A stretch of DNA of 64,000 nt, taken from NCBI GenBank assembly GCA_964016885.1, contig OZ024742.1:117924001-117988000 (forward strand), read 5' to 3'. This stretch comes from Eledone cirrhosa. Taxonomy: Eukaryota. Shown one piece after another: positions 26,399 through 39,453 of this stretch; position 1 is the first letter of the stretch; every line of letters begins with the position of its first letter. The notes below the pieces were generated by a model. It worked only from the letters and a program-made list of their open reading frames with translations. It was not told the origin of the DNA and searched no databases. The position numbers and the translations under genes were made by a program.

Positions 26399-27310
26399 AT
26401 GAATCAACATCATTTGCCGTCCTTCGCAGGCGACATCAAGTTATGGTTTTTGCAGCTTGAATGCTATTTTGATTTAACCAAAACAAAAGAACAGCATAAA
26501 CTGAAGGTACTAGTTAGTGGCTTGCCTGTGTCGTTGGCATATTCCGTGAAGGATGTGGTAACCAATTTAGCCGCAGACGTTACTTATGGCTCGTTGAAAG
26601 GGGAAATTATTCGGAGGAATACCAAGTCAGCGGAAATTTTTTTTCGGGAATTGTTAGATGATGCGCAAATGGGTGACAGGACGCCAAGCTCCTATTTGCG
26701 ACATCTGCGGGAATTGAGCGACTCCCAGGGGATGGACACCCCATTCCTCAAACAACTATTTTTCTCTCGTTTACCACCAAGTGCGCAGATGGTCTTGGTC
26801 AATAATTTGGAGAGGGAATCGTTAGATCAACTTGCCTCATCCGCGGATAGAATACTAGAGGTGGACTCTAACAACAGTCGGCATAATCCTTGTGTGGCTT
26901 CTTCTTCTGTTCCCCCACGCAATTCTTCTGTGGCCAACAGCAAACTGTTGGAGATGATCGAAGCGCTCACCCAAAAAGTGGAGGATTTGACCGTACAACA
27001 CAGAGAGCCTTCTCAACGTTTGAGGTACCGTTCGCCTCCGTCTGCTATTCCTCGAAACCGCTACGAGTACCGTTCGCCTCCGTCTGCTATTCCTCGAAAC
27101 CACTACGAGTACCGTTCGCCTCCGTCTGCTATTCCTCGAAACCGCTACGAGTACCGTTCGCCGCCGTCTTCTATTCATCGCCAGCACTACAACGCAGACA
27201 ACAATAATTCTTCGTTTTGTTGGTATCATGCTAACTTCGGCAGTAGGGCACAACGTTGTCGCACGCCCTGTAATTACAAGAGATCGGAAAACGCAAAGCA
27301 GAGCCACTAG
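26399..27310 (+). CDS. gag: Gag (open ORF) with CHCC zinc knuckle
   Basis: LPSF..DIKLWFLQLE..F, MGDRTPSSYLRHL, CWYHANFGSRAQRCRTPC (CX2HX9CX3C). Confidence 0.9.
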   Translation: MNQHHLPSFAGDIKLWFLQLECYFDLTKTKEQHKLKVLVSGLPVSLAYSVKDVVTNLAADVTYGSLKGEIIRRNTKSAEIFFRELLDDAQMGDRTPSSYLRHLRELSDSQGMDTPFLKQLFFSRLPPSAQMVLVNNLERESLDQLASSADRILEVDSNNSRHNPCVASSSVPPRNSSVANSKLLEMIEALTQKVEDLTVQHREPSQRLRYRSPPSAIPRNRYEYRSPPSAIPRNHYEYRSPPSAIPRNRYEYRSPPSSIHRQHYNADNNNSSFCWYHANFGSRAQRCRTPCNYKRSENAKQSH

Positions 27311-27319
27311 GGGCGGCTA

Positions 27320-30300
27320 GTGAACTCTGGGAAATCGACCAAACCGCCATCTATTCGTATACGACCTGCGGTCGAGAAAATTTTCCTTGTCGATACTGGC
27401 GCGTCGCTGAGTATTTGGCCAGTCAGTTATCTCAAAAAAAACCCATCTGAATCAAATATAAATTTACGAGCAGTCAACCACACGGCCATTCGAACGTACG
27501 GGCAAATTTCGCTTCCTCTTCGGTTAAAAAATTTGCGTCGTGAATTGAAGTGGAAGTTTACTATCGCCGACTTGCCATACGCCATTTTGGGAGCGGATTT
27601 TCTCCACCATTTTTGCTTGTCGATTGACATCCGCAGACAACGACTTTTTGATGCTAATACAGGCCTATCGTTCGAGGGTACAAAGCCGGAGATCGCCACA
27701 GTAAGCCCTGCTTTTTTCTTGGCTGAAGTGGGCAACCAGTATCACAGTTTGTTAAAATCATTCCCACAGCTGACGCAAGGAAGATTACAAATTGCTAGTC
27801 CGGATCATGTGATTGAACACTTTATATCCACTACAGGTCCACCTGTTTTCTCACGCCCTCGAAGATTATCTGCAGAGAAGTTGAAAGCTGCACAGTCTGA
27901 ATTTGACCACATGCTGGAATTAGGAATAATTCGGCGTTCCACAAGTCCTTGGGCATCGCCTCTACATATGGTACTTAAATCTTCTGGTGATTGGAGACCG
28001 ACGGGTGACTACCGACGCTTAAACGCGATTACTGTGCCTGACCGTTATCCAATCCCGCATTTGCAGGATTTCGCTTCTTCATTACAAGGTTGCACAATCT
28101 TTTCTAAGCTCGATTTGATTCGTGCTTATAATCAGATTCCGGTTAAAAAGGAGGATATTCTGAAGACTGCTATTGCCACTCCTTTTGGATCTTTCGAGTT
28201 CCTTACTATGCCTTTCGGGCTAAGAAATGCGGCTAGTACCTTCTAACGATTTATGGATGATGTTACTCGGGGCCTGGATTTTGTGTACACGTATATCGAT
28301 GATGTGTTGATTGCTAGTTCTTCTCCTGAGCAGCATTCAAAGCATCTGGATCTCTTATTTCGTCGTTTACAGAGATATAATGTTCGTATTAATGCTTCCA
28401 AGTGTGTTTTCGGCTCGACTTCACTAACATTTTTAGGCCATCTGATTGACGCCGATGGTATTCGACCTCTTCCTGAGAAGGTTAAGGCAGTATCGGATTT
28501 GCCTCCGCCAAGTTCACTGCGACAATTACGTCAATTCTTAGACCTTGTTAATGTTTATAGGCGATTCGTACCTAATTGTTCCAACTTGCTGTTCTCGTTG
28601 ACAGAAATTTTTGAGGGTTGCCGGCGTAAGAATATGGACATTTCCTTAAATAAAACGCAGCTTGAGGATTTAAAAAAAGTGTAAAAGGCGTTAGCGAGCG
28701 CGTCTTTGCTCGCCCACCCAGTACCTAACGCCGAGCTATCGCTCTGTGTTAATGCGTCGGATACCGCCGTGGGCGCAGTCTTGCAACAGAAGTGCGATGG
28801 TTTACAACAACCACTGGAATTTTTTTCGAGAAAGCTAAAGCCTGGCGAAAATCGTTATAGTACTTTCGGGCGTGAGCTTTTAGCAACTTATTTATCTGTG
28901 AAACATTTCTCCCATGTTCTGGACGGGAGAGCGTTCACTATTTTCACAGATCACAAACCGTTGATTTTCGCTTTAAGATCAAAATCTGACAAATATTCGC
29001 CTAGGGAAACTAGACATCTGGATTTTTGTTTCCCAATACACCAATGATATTCAACATATTCCGGGTGCTTTGAACACTGCGGCAGACGCCTTGTCTCGTC
29101 TCCCGATAGCTTCGATCTCGTCGTCTAACGATATAGATTTGCGTCAAATGGCCATTGACCAACCCTCGCTTGAATCATTGGATTGCACATCGCCGGAGTT
29201 CATTAACTGCAATATAACATACCTTCCTTTATCAACCGCTGACTGACAGACAGATACTTTGTGATATCTCGTTGGACTCACCACGACCTCCCGTCCCAGT
29301 TGGTCATCGACGAACTGTATTTCTCGCTTTGCATGGCATTTCTCACCCAGGAGCTACAGCCTCGGTAAAACTCATAACAGCCAGATTTTTCTGGCCTGAT
29401 ATGAGATGTGACATTGCTGCTTGGTGCCGTTCCTGTGTCGTTTGCCAAAAGTCAAAAGTTCATAAGCACGTTAAAACTCCTCTCGGAACTTTCACCTGTC
29501 CTGATGCCAGATTTCGTCACATTCATGTGAACATCGTCGGCCCGTGGCCGATTAGTCGTGGTTATTCGTATATTTTGACGATCGTTAACCGTTTTTCGCG
29601 TTGGCCTGAAGCCATCCCTATGACATATATCACTGCTGAAACGACAGCGCGTACTCTCGTATCTGCATGGATCGCTCGTTTTGGAGTACCAACCACAATA
29701 ACAACAGACCGCGGTCGTCAATTTGATTCGAACCTCTTCCGTGAATTAACACAAATTATTGGCGCTACTCGCATAAGAACCATGGCATATCATCCAGCAT
29801 CAAACGGAATGGTGGAAAGATTTCACAGACAGCTTAAAGCCTCTTTAAGGGCTTCAATGGACTCTTCACGTTGGAGTGAGTACCTACCTATTGTGTTGTT
29901 AAGTATTCGGTCGACAATAAAGGTGGACCTTGGGTTCTCCCCGGCCGAATTGATTTATGGTACTCCTCCTGCGTTACCGGGGCAAATGCTTGCTCCTGTT
30001 GATCTTGCTTCGCAGGATCCCGCTTCCTACGTGTCCCGGCTTCATTCTTACTTCCAGGATTTACCACCGATGGACACTAGGAAGCAAACTGTAAAAACTG
30101 CCGTCCCAAGGGATATTGCCTTGTGGACACATGTGTTCGTTAGAGACGACGCTGTGAGACCCCCTCTCACACGGCCGTACTCTGGACCCTATCGTGTGCT
30201 TGCTCGTACAGAGAAACATTTCACAGTAGACATTAGGGGGTCCAGGGAAACTATTTCCGTTGATCGCCTCAAACGAGCCAATCTGGACTCTGACACAGTG

Positions 30301-30456
30301 ACACTTGGACCACAAATGCCCCCTTCTTTTTCTTCGCCACATACACGTGTTTCTTCGCCCCCCCCCCCACCACCACCACCAACATACAGAAATACGACCC
30401 GTTCAGGTCGAAGGGTGCATTGGCCCCGTAAGCTATGCAGTACTATAAACTTCTGA
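27320..30456 (+). pseudogene. pol: Pol polyprotein (protease, RT, RNase H, integrase) with stops and frameshifts
   Basis: FLVDTGA; [24 protein letters not shown]; VNAS..ELLA..TDHKPL; H..SH..C..C, TTDRG..GMVERFH; GPY; stops at 28246 and 28684, frameshift near 29030, several catalytic D>N changes. Confidence 0.93.
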
Positions 30457-30806
30457 ATTGTATTCTTTTTTCTTGCAGTTATTTTTACTGTATATTGAAT
30501 TTGTTGTTGCATTTGGGACCCTTACTGCGAATGGTATTTTTAATGCATTTTGCATTTATTGCTGCATGTGTATAATTATTGCATTTGTTGTATATTTTTT
30601 GTGTAATGCTTGCATGCATTAACCTATTTCACCTCTATATTGTTCGTTTTGAAACCGGTTTCAACAACTTGTAAAGAGTACCTTGTAAGGCTTTGGTTTC
30701 ATTGTTATATACTACAGAAATTTTTCTTGCCCCAATTTACAACTTCTAGTTCCTCCATGCTATCGTTTGTTTTACGATTTTTATTAAAAATCTGGTCGGA
30801 GGTGAT

Positions 30807-31232
30807 TGTAGTAACTATGGCGACAGTGTGTTGACTATAGCAACGCAGTGTTGTCCCCTGTGGATAACACAAAAAAATAGCGAATTACTTCTCTTATCTC
30901 GGCATTCTCTAAAAGAAAAGACGCCAATGTAAAACTCAAGAGATTTGGTTTTCAATTCCAGTCGCCTTTGTCCTGCCACATGGACGTACTTTGTAAAAAA
31001 GCCTGTTTTTGACCAAGAGATTTTCATATCTCTTCTTGAATGTAAGAATTAAGCCATTGCCGTTTAGCTTGCAGGGTATGTCCTATGAATGTAATTATTA
31101 TGTTGTGTTTTATTAAATGAATCATTTAATAAAATATTAGCCTTGTTATCGTTGAAGCCCTTCTGTTTTAATTAATAATCTTAGAGAGATGAGATGTCGT
31201 TCACACACCATAGTCAACGACATTTTTCTTTA
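30807..31232 (+). repeat. 3' LTR
   Basis: Direct repeat of 25300-25726. Confidence 0.93.
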
Positions 31233-31917
31233 TGGTCATTACAAACTTCAATGTGCGAGTGGCCACAGTGATTCAGCGCCAAGGAACTTGGATCGAGCAC
31301 ATTATAAGTTATTGAGCTGTGCTTGCAAAATGGTGGTGTGCGAGGAAAAAACTTACATCACACAAAACTTACATGTCTGTAAGACAGGTCTATAAAAAAA
31401 ATTGTAAAGTTTTCCTTTCAATAGAAAATGCTACTTTACTAAAAATGGATACATCTTTTTGGACCACCCTATATATGTGTTCAGTACTCTTAATAGAAAT
31501 ATGTTTCGTTCTTTGTTGTTAAGATTATTGCACCATCTTCCGTTAACAAGGTTTACCGTTAAAATAGATACTCCTTTAACATTTACATGATATATTATAC
31601 ATATGCCTATATGTGTACTGCATATGAATGAGTTTTTGTGTACACGTATGTCTATACAACTATGCATATATGTATAATGTGATGATCTAACTAATAAACA
31701 CTTTCAATTTGAAGGCAAGCTAGAAAATGTTTTCTATGTAGAAGTGCATGTAAAAACAGTGTGTGTAGAAATGTAGAAATAGCTGTACTTCAAGTGGCAT
31801 ACAGTTTAGAATGAGTAATCTTTTGTGGGTAGTATTGTATGTAAAACATGACTGGCAGATCATATCTAGACATGAAGATTGTAAAGTTGTGAGGGGTGTT
31901 ATTATTGGGTACGCCTA

Positions 31918-32338
31918 GTGGATTGGCAGAATCGGTAAAGCGTCGGACACCATGCTTTGCAGCATCGAGTTATGGCCCTTTGCGTTATTAGTTCAAATTC
32001 TGCCGAGGTTAGCTTTGCCATCTTTACGGGGATCGATAAAACAATGCCCCAGTAATGCACTGGGGTCGATTTAATCGACTTTCCCCCTCTCCTAAAATTG
32101 TTGTCCATGTGCCTAAATGAGAAACCATTATTAGGTGCGTATGTAGGGCGATGGATTGGCAGTATCGGTAGAGGGTCGGACGCCATGCTTTGACGCGTAG
32201 AGTTACGGCCCTTGCCATTCTGAGTTCAAATCCCGCCGAGGTTAACTTTGCCTTTCATCCTTACGAGGTCGATAAAATAAAGTACCAGTAATGTACTGGG
32301 TAATTGCTGGCCTTGTGCCAAAAGTAGAAACAATTATT
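31918..32338 (+). mobile_element. Two tandem Meta-type SINEs (long variant 31918-32131; short variant 32146-32338)
   Basis: A/B boxes; the target attatt(a/g)ggt(a/g)cg occurs three times. Confidence 0.9.
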
Positions 32339-32812
32339 AGGTACGTATGTTGAAATAGAAGTACTCGAATCGATGATTCGATGAAAATTAACTTAATTCG
32401 GTTGTTGAATAAATCCGTGTACGTGATTTTACATCGTTGAGATACAATATAAAACAATCATAATAGAATGATTATTATATACGTAGAATTAGTCATGCTC
32501 TGTTGGCGAAATCTTGTGTAGAAAGAGCTATGTGTCATCTGCAGCAATCTATGTAATTGCGGTTGTTTCTAGAGCAGTAATATGTATAGAAATGACTGTG
32601 AAAAAGGATGTCGAGGTTGTTACCAATCAGTGACGCACGTTGGTGTAGGTAGAACACTAATAACTGATTGACTTAGAATTAATCCATTTAATTCACGTGT
32701 CAAGCAAACATTGTGTGAACGAGTTTGTTTCAGCGCTGAGCTACAAAATTTAGCTCGCACTTTGTCAGGAGAGATTCCCTCTGCATGCGTAATCATGTTT
32801 AAATAAAGTAAT

Positions 32813-32981
32813 ACTTGTTTCTACTTTGGGCACAAGGCCAGCAATTACCCAATGCATTACTGGTACTTTATTCTATCGACCCCGGAAGGATGAAAGGCAA
32901 AGTTAACCTCGGCGGGATTTGAACTCAGATCATACAGGGAGGTAACTCTATGCTTCAAAACATGGCATCCGACCCTCTACC
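32813..32981 (-). mobile_element. Meta-type SINE
   Basis: Family consensus; aataaagtaatact duplicated in flanks. Confidence 0.9.
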
Positions 32982-34533
32982 GTAATACTAATAAAGTAAT
33001 ACTAATGACAAAACGTACCCACACATATATGTACGAATAGTTAACTGCTGTGACTCACATGGCACTATAATTCGATGGATGTGTTGTTAACTTACAATTC
33101 TGATTTCAAGTCTCTTAAGTGCTAGATTTTGATAGAAGTCTTCGCAAAATCAGGAATGTCGAACAGTTGTACCCCCACCCCTCCAAAATAAGAAACGTGT
33201 TGCTACATTCTTCCTCTTGGAAAAGAGGCAGTGCATATTACTAATACAGCTCTTCCCAAACTTGTGTGCTGATATCCAATACAGATAAATGATATAAGAG
33301 TCAATAAAGTGATAGGGAAGAAGAAAACATTACTTTATTTAGGATTTAATTTTCCCGTTCCAATTCTGGCTTCTTGAAACCCCTGGTGATGAGAGAACAG
33401 ATTTTGAGACATAGATTATATACGCAATATGCTTGGAATTACTATGTTTTCTGGTAATTTCATTTCAAGATTTATTTTGTTATTTCACAAATAAAGGTTT
33501 GAAATCTTTTCTGAAAGACACGATGGTTTTATTTTAGTCCCACTAAGTAAGATTTATTTCCAAATAAGCAAATTAGTTTGTCACTATCATGATCATGTTC
33601 ATAGTGGCAACCAATAGCAAAGTTTAATCCATCATAAGATAAGTTTTGTCATCACGAAACAACTCAGATATTGTCCGTGACTTTTCATAGAATTAGTGAC
33701 CAACTTCTTCAAAACGTTCTAAGTAAATATCAGTCAATTACATATACGCGCGTGCATTCACTGACATGCTCTCTTTCACTATGTATAGTTGAAAACGATT
33801 TTTCTTATCTATAAAATGTCCGTAACTGTTTTGATATTTTCATAGGCAGGAATCCTGAAATTCCTAAGTGAAAATGAAATGAGAAGCTGTGACGTTCAAT
33901 TCTGTCCAACAGACAAATTCTGATTAGATAAGATGTAGTGCTGTTCTAAAATGTAATGTCAAATAAAAAATGCGTTTTTTACTTGCATTAGCTACAATAT
34001 ATAAATAAAATGAAATGGTGATATTTGAAAAGTGTCTCCGGTATCTAGCTACTAATTAATGAAGCTCGCGACTTAGCAAAATAATTATTTCTTAAAACTA
34101 CACATTTAGACTTATGATGTTTGACTTTCATTGTAGTTTTCATAGGCATTAACGCCGTGAACGAAGTAAAATGACAACAACAAAAAATCGAAATCGAGCC
34201 GGAGACAGAGTTTATTCTGAATCGGTGTACGGTAAAAGAACTTCTAGTACATGAACTTAACATTACTAAAGTAACCGAATACTTCTAGAGTATTTCTTTA
34301 TTGTAACGTAGACGGTTTTATTATCTTCAAGTAGAAGAAAATATTCCTAGATACTTTCAAGACATGAGCTTATTCCTGACCGACAAAATGTGTTGATAAT
34401 GCCTCGAGTCATAGCTTTTGTTCCATTTAAAATCTTTCCTTCCGTACTCCAGAAAAAGGGTATCAAGTATCGAAATGTAACTGAGATAAATTTCTAAAGC
34501 AACGTTCCATCTAATCTACGGTTTAGCAGCACA

Positions 34534-34600
<67 letters not shown>

Positions 34601-34738
34601 TTGTGCATGTGTGTGTGTGTGTGTGTGTGTGTGCGGGCGTGTGTGTGTGTGTGTGTGTGTGTGTGCGGGCGTGCGTGTGTATGTGTATGTGTGAATTTAT
34701 ACATATATATGTGTGTGTGTGTGTGTGTGTGTATATAC

Positions 34739-34795
<57 letters not shown>

Positions 34796-34971
34796 AACGA
34801 AATTAACTGACACATTGGGTGTTCGAATAAATTGGAACTATATTTACATTGTAGCTAAATGCACAAACAGTTAATCTCACTGTACTAGGCTAACTGTATG
34901 TTTAGTAAAAGTACGCATGTACAATTTAACCATTTAACCCCTTCCCACGCTGTCACAGTAATTTGGTTAAT

Positions 34972-35160
34972 TAATTGTTTCTACTTTAGACACAAGGCCA
35001 GCAATTACCCAGTGCATTACTGGTACTTTATTTTATCGACCCCGTAAGGATGAAAGGCAAAGTCCACCTCGGCGGGATTTGAACTCAGATCGTAAAGGGA
35101 CGTAACTATGCTGGAAAGCATGGCGTCCGACCCTCTACCGATACTGCCACTCCACCGCCC
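34972..35160 (-). mobile_element. Meta-type SINE, full length, TSD taattaat
   Basis: Family consensus from gggcggtgg head to tail. Confidence 0.92.
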
Positions 35161-35949
35161 TAATTAATATGTACCGTCAAGAAATGCATTGATATGCAAT
35201 TTTTAATAAAAAGACCGAATTTCGAGATGACTCAATTAATGTTCGACTACAGGAAGTAGGAAACAGTGAATTCAGTCATAGAACGCTAGTTTCAATAACT
35301 CAGTAGAGTGAAATATCTAATGGTATAGTAATTTGAGTGAACGTAATCGTGATTTGAAGTTTCATGTTTAGAAAAATATCAGGATGATCATCAGACGATA
35401 TAACATAAGACATGGTCTCTGAGTTACGTCAAATGCCAATTAAGTTTTCGTTGCTATCATGCTACTTGGCTGATGTTTGCCCTAACGAACAGCATTCACT
35501 GATCCATTTTCTAAATATCTATGAGGGGTCGAAATCCCTTGAAAGTTTTCAACAGTATAGAAAAAGTCTTTTGTCTACGAAGGTATTAAAAAATTAAAAA
35601 ATTGGTCGTATAAGTGTCACACATAAAAAAAAACAATGCCTGACCACGCCCTGTGCTGATTACAATATTGAACATGTCTGAGACATGGTTCTTTTGAAGT
35701 GACAAGTGACAATTGATAAGTAGCAAATAATATGCCAATTAGTCATGGTTATACCTATGGAATCATTCACAATAGATTTAGCGTATGGTTATAAAAATAA
35801 CGGCAACTTAATTTACGTTTCAAGATCAAACCTGCAGCGTAGTAACAAGAGGGAGTCCATGTCTCTTGATAAACGCGCTAATAATTTTCCCGCAAATGGA
35901 ATAATTAATGACATACCCTTATATATTCATATATCTGTACTATATATAT

Positions 35950-36038
<89 letters not shown>

Positions 36039-36259
36039 CGTGTGTGCGTGTGTGTGAGAGAGAGAGATGGAAGGAACGAGAAGCAGAGAAAGCAGTAGAG
36101 TGTGAAAAGATTGAAAACAAGCTTGATATAAAAATAAAATTGTAAATATTTTCTCATAGCAGCATCGAGAGTAGATGTGCCGTGAAAATTTCAGCCTAGA
36201 AATAATTGTTTCTCAAAATAGTTTATTATATATTATATGTTTTACTTTTAATCATTTAA

Positions 36260-36448
36260 GGGCGGTGGATTGGCAGTATCGGTAGAGGGTCGGACGCCAT
36301 GCTTTCCAGCATAGTTACGTCCCTTTATGATCTGAGTTCAAATCCCGCCGAGGTTGACTTTGCCTTTCATCCTTAGGGGGTCGATAAAATAAAGTACCAG
36401 TAATGCACTGGGTAATTGCTGGCCTTGTGCCTAAAGTAGAAACAATTA
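36260..36448 (+). mobile_element. Meta-type SINE, full length, ~26-bp TSD
   Basis: attatatgttttacttttaatcattt on both sides. Confidence 0.93.
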
Positions 36449-36901
36449 TATGTTTTACTTTTAATCATTTCATTACTTCATGTTATACTGTATATTATAT
36501 ATACGTATTATTCTGTATTTTTATTTTTATTCCTATTATGCTTATTTATATTTAAACTCTTAATAAGGTTTAATTTGTGCTGTTAATGATGGAAATGTGT
36601 ATCGATGTATATGTATATGTGCGTACGTGTGTGTATATATATACATATGTATATTGTGCCTTTTAATTTTAATTTTAATTTTAATATTGTTACAAGTATA
36701 GTATATTATATTATATTGTATTACATATAGTACTATAATTCCCGCTCTATATAACCACTTTTGTTTAGCTCTAGTTTGTTTGCTTTGGACTATATTTGTA
36801 ATATGGTTCAAAATGTTATCCACCTCCTTAGTGATTTTTATTATATATTTTTACCCATAATCTTCCAATACTTTAGTGTATGTACACTCCATATTCTTCA
36901 G

Positions 36902-37028
36902 AGTTTTCGGCTTGTATCGGCCGATAGTGCTTCTTGTAGTTTTAATTGCCCCCTGATGAGGGCAATTAAAACTACAAGAAGCACTATCGGCCAATACAAG
37001 CCGAAAACTAGGACGAAACATTGTTGGC
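36902..37028 (+). ncRNA. Hammerhead interrupted by a ~49-bp inverted duplication in stem II
   Basis: cc ctgatga g [reverse complement of upstream 49 nt] aggac gaaa c att g tt ggc, then aataaa and (TA)n. Confidence 0.68.
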
Positions 37029-37073
37029 TAATAAAAACTTTTGATGTATTGAAGGCTTCTTTGTTTTATTTTC

Positions 37074-37144
<71 letters not shown>

Positions 37145-37229
37145 ACATCTTTACAGAAGGCGGACTTCTCGTCAACGAATTCCCTGATATTATGAAATAC
37201 CGCCAGCTGCAGGCTGCTGGCCAGTTGAT

Positions 37230-37510
37230 GATTGAACAGGTTTTGATTAGATCACCTTTTCTAGATCTTTTCTAAGAGGTATGTGTGAGCAGTGTGTCTC
37301 CAAAAAGGGCTGCTCAGACGCTCAAGATTCCGCAGAACCATGTCGCTGTTCAAGCTAACAGTACAGCGACGTGAGGATGAGACACGGACCACCCACGTAT
37401 AGATGAGTGAATATGTGCTTCTAACAGGTGGAGTCTACACACGTTCCCACTCCTCCACTGCTGTGGGACATCTGAAGAAATATCTACACATAAAGATGCT
37501 ACGTTCTTGT
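37230..37510 (-). mobile_element. Highly decayed CR1/L2-like LINE 3' coding relic
   Basis: Minus-strand NVASLC..RYFFRC resembles the RNVASL..FYRY..RCS LINE C-terminus. Confidence 0.35.
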
Positions 37511-38502
37511 GCTACACATATAGCGCCCACTCCATCCCCGTAGTTATATGCTCAGTGACAAGCCAAGGAAAGATAACAGAACAGTTACGAGGATCGTATG
37601 TGTTATTCTCGTGGAATTTTATGTTATCTTTGTTGTACGCACGGGTTCTTTACTAGGTGTGTATGTATGTATGTGTTTGTAAAATGAATGTGTTTACATG
37701 TTTCTGGTGCACTTCAATAGACCATTTTCACTAATTCTGGGCACATACAAACTGATATAAAAACTCAATTTTAAGAATATATAAATTAATGTAAAATATA
37801 TGAAAAATAATTTTTTGAATTAGAATGTTGACAATTTCTTTAGTTCTTTGTGAATTGTAATTATCAGTATAAAGAAAAAATATAGCGCAGACTTTTCAAC
37901 TTCTTATGCCGTTGCTTTCAGAAAATGACCTATCCACTCAACCCAGATCTTTCGCCAATTTCTTTCATCAAGTCAGACATTCAAGTGGGATGCCTCTTCA
38001 AAAACATAGTAATAGTTTAAAAACCAAAATGTACAGTGACATGAGACATACTTGCCGAATAGAAGATGTGGCAATAAGATGTAATGAAAAGAGTGGCTTA
38101 TCACCAAGCAGAAACTGATATTCTTAATTGTGAGTTTATATAATAACAGTAGAATAGGCTGAGTGAGTAGATAAGTTATCTCTACGTCAGTGGTTGTTGG
38201 GAATTGGTACGGGAGTATTTGTCAATCACTTAGGTTTTTTTTTTTTACTGGCTCAGTCTTAGATGTTTGTGTGTGTAGCGATAGTACCGTACCACCCAAG
38301 TCTGAGCTCTATATCACTGAGGATCTCATTTAAGCTTTGTAAAAAGTCGGCAGCTAATCAGAGTTAAAGTATTTTCTGGCATCTACAAGGAAGTTAAATC
38401 ATTATGATAGAGAGTTTGCTATGTTATGAATATGAGATTATCAAAAGATCATCAGATGTTTTTACATGTTGTCCAAGACTACACAGAGGTATTATTTTTT
38501 CT

Positions 38503-38678
38503 TGGATTGGCAGTGTCGGTAGAGGGTTGGACGTCATGTTTTGACGCATAGAGTTACGGCCCTTGCCATTCTGAGTTCAAATCCCGCCGAGGTTAACTTT
38601 GCCTTTCATCCTTACGGGGTCGATAAAATAAAGTACCAGTAATGCGCTGGCCTTGTGCCAAAAAGTAGAAACAATTAT
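38503..38678 (+). mobile_element. Meta-type SINE, TSD attattttttctt
   Basis: Family consensus; flanking direct repeat. Confidence 0.9.
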
Positions 38679-38922
38679 TTTTTCTTTGTATGTGAAATGA
38701 GTATGTTTTTGTGCCCCAAGCCGGCATTTAGAAATATTTTCGAGTTATCTGTTCGCGGTAGAAATGTAGATTTGATGAATTTAGAGGATCATTGTATGAA
38801 GAAGGTTAAGAAAGTGTGAAGCACGGTGTCTTCTGCAAAGAAGTGGAAAATGCTGGAAGTTTATGTACAAGGAGAAGAGCCAGGGAGAGAATAATTAAAT
38901 CTTAGGAAAACAAGAGTTGATA

Positions 38923-38998
<76 letters not shown>

Positions 38999-39240
38999 GA
39001 ATGATTCATCAGTATATGCTTCAATGTTATGATCTAACCAAATGCATTCCAATCCAATAGATAAGAAACAGTGAATCTCATAATCTGGAAGTTTAGCTTG
39101 GATATTCTCGTACGAAAACGGTTAAATGTTTTGCTGACATTACTTTCGCCAATCTTTTCATGGCCTAATGGTGAATCATATAGTGCAGCAGATCACCAGT
39201 AAATCTGGCTCTAGAGTCGTACTTGTAGGCATTAATTAGA

Positions 39241-39453
39241 GAGCGGTGGATTGGCAGTATCGGTAGAGGGTCGGACCACTTTCAAGCATAGTTACGGCCC
39301 TTTATGATCTGAGTTCAAATCCCGTCGAGGTTAACTTTGCCTTTCATCCTTACAGGGTCGATAAAATAAAGTACCAGTCACGCACTGGGGGCAATTTAAT
39401 AGACTTTCCCCTCCCCCAAAATTGCTGGCCTTGTGTCTATATAAGAAACCATT
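39241..39453 (+). mobile_element. Meta-type SINE long variant, TSD cattaattagagag
   Basis: Extra ggggcaatttaatagactttccccctcccc segment as at 32062-32095. Confidence 0.9.

Larger units (their letters stand above)
25300..31232 (+). mobile_element. Full-length decayed Ty3/Gypsy LTR retrotransposon, CsRn1/Kabuki-like
   Basis: Two ~427 bp LTRs, tRNA-Trp-like PBS, gag-PR-RT-RH-IN order, imperfect 4-bp TSD gggt/tggt. Confidence 0.95.
25017..31471 (+). mobile_element. Internally deleted Tc1/mariner (rosa/DD41D-like) transposon split by the Gypsy insertion (25017-25299 + 31237-31471)
   Basis: TIRs cagggtggtccaaaaagatgtat / atacatctttttggaccaccct with TA flanks; FQQDGATPH..SPDLSPLDYFLWG..LKNNIRTEIRRIP..MLDRV|ITNFNVRVATVIQRQGTWIEHII rejoins across the insertion. 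Confidence 0.88.

Noticed and set aside
27308-27330. MLV-like stop-codon readthrough (TAG GGG, pol ORF in gag frame)
   Set aside because: Conserved pre-protease residues lie in other frames, so the in-frame state is probably due to indels.
36260-36350. tRNA genes at A/B-box motifs
   Set aside because: These are SINE heads with extended A-B spacing and an attached body and tail; no cloverleaf.
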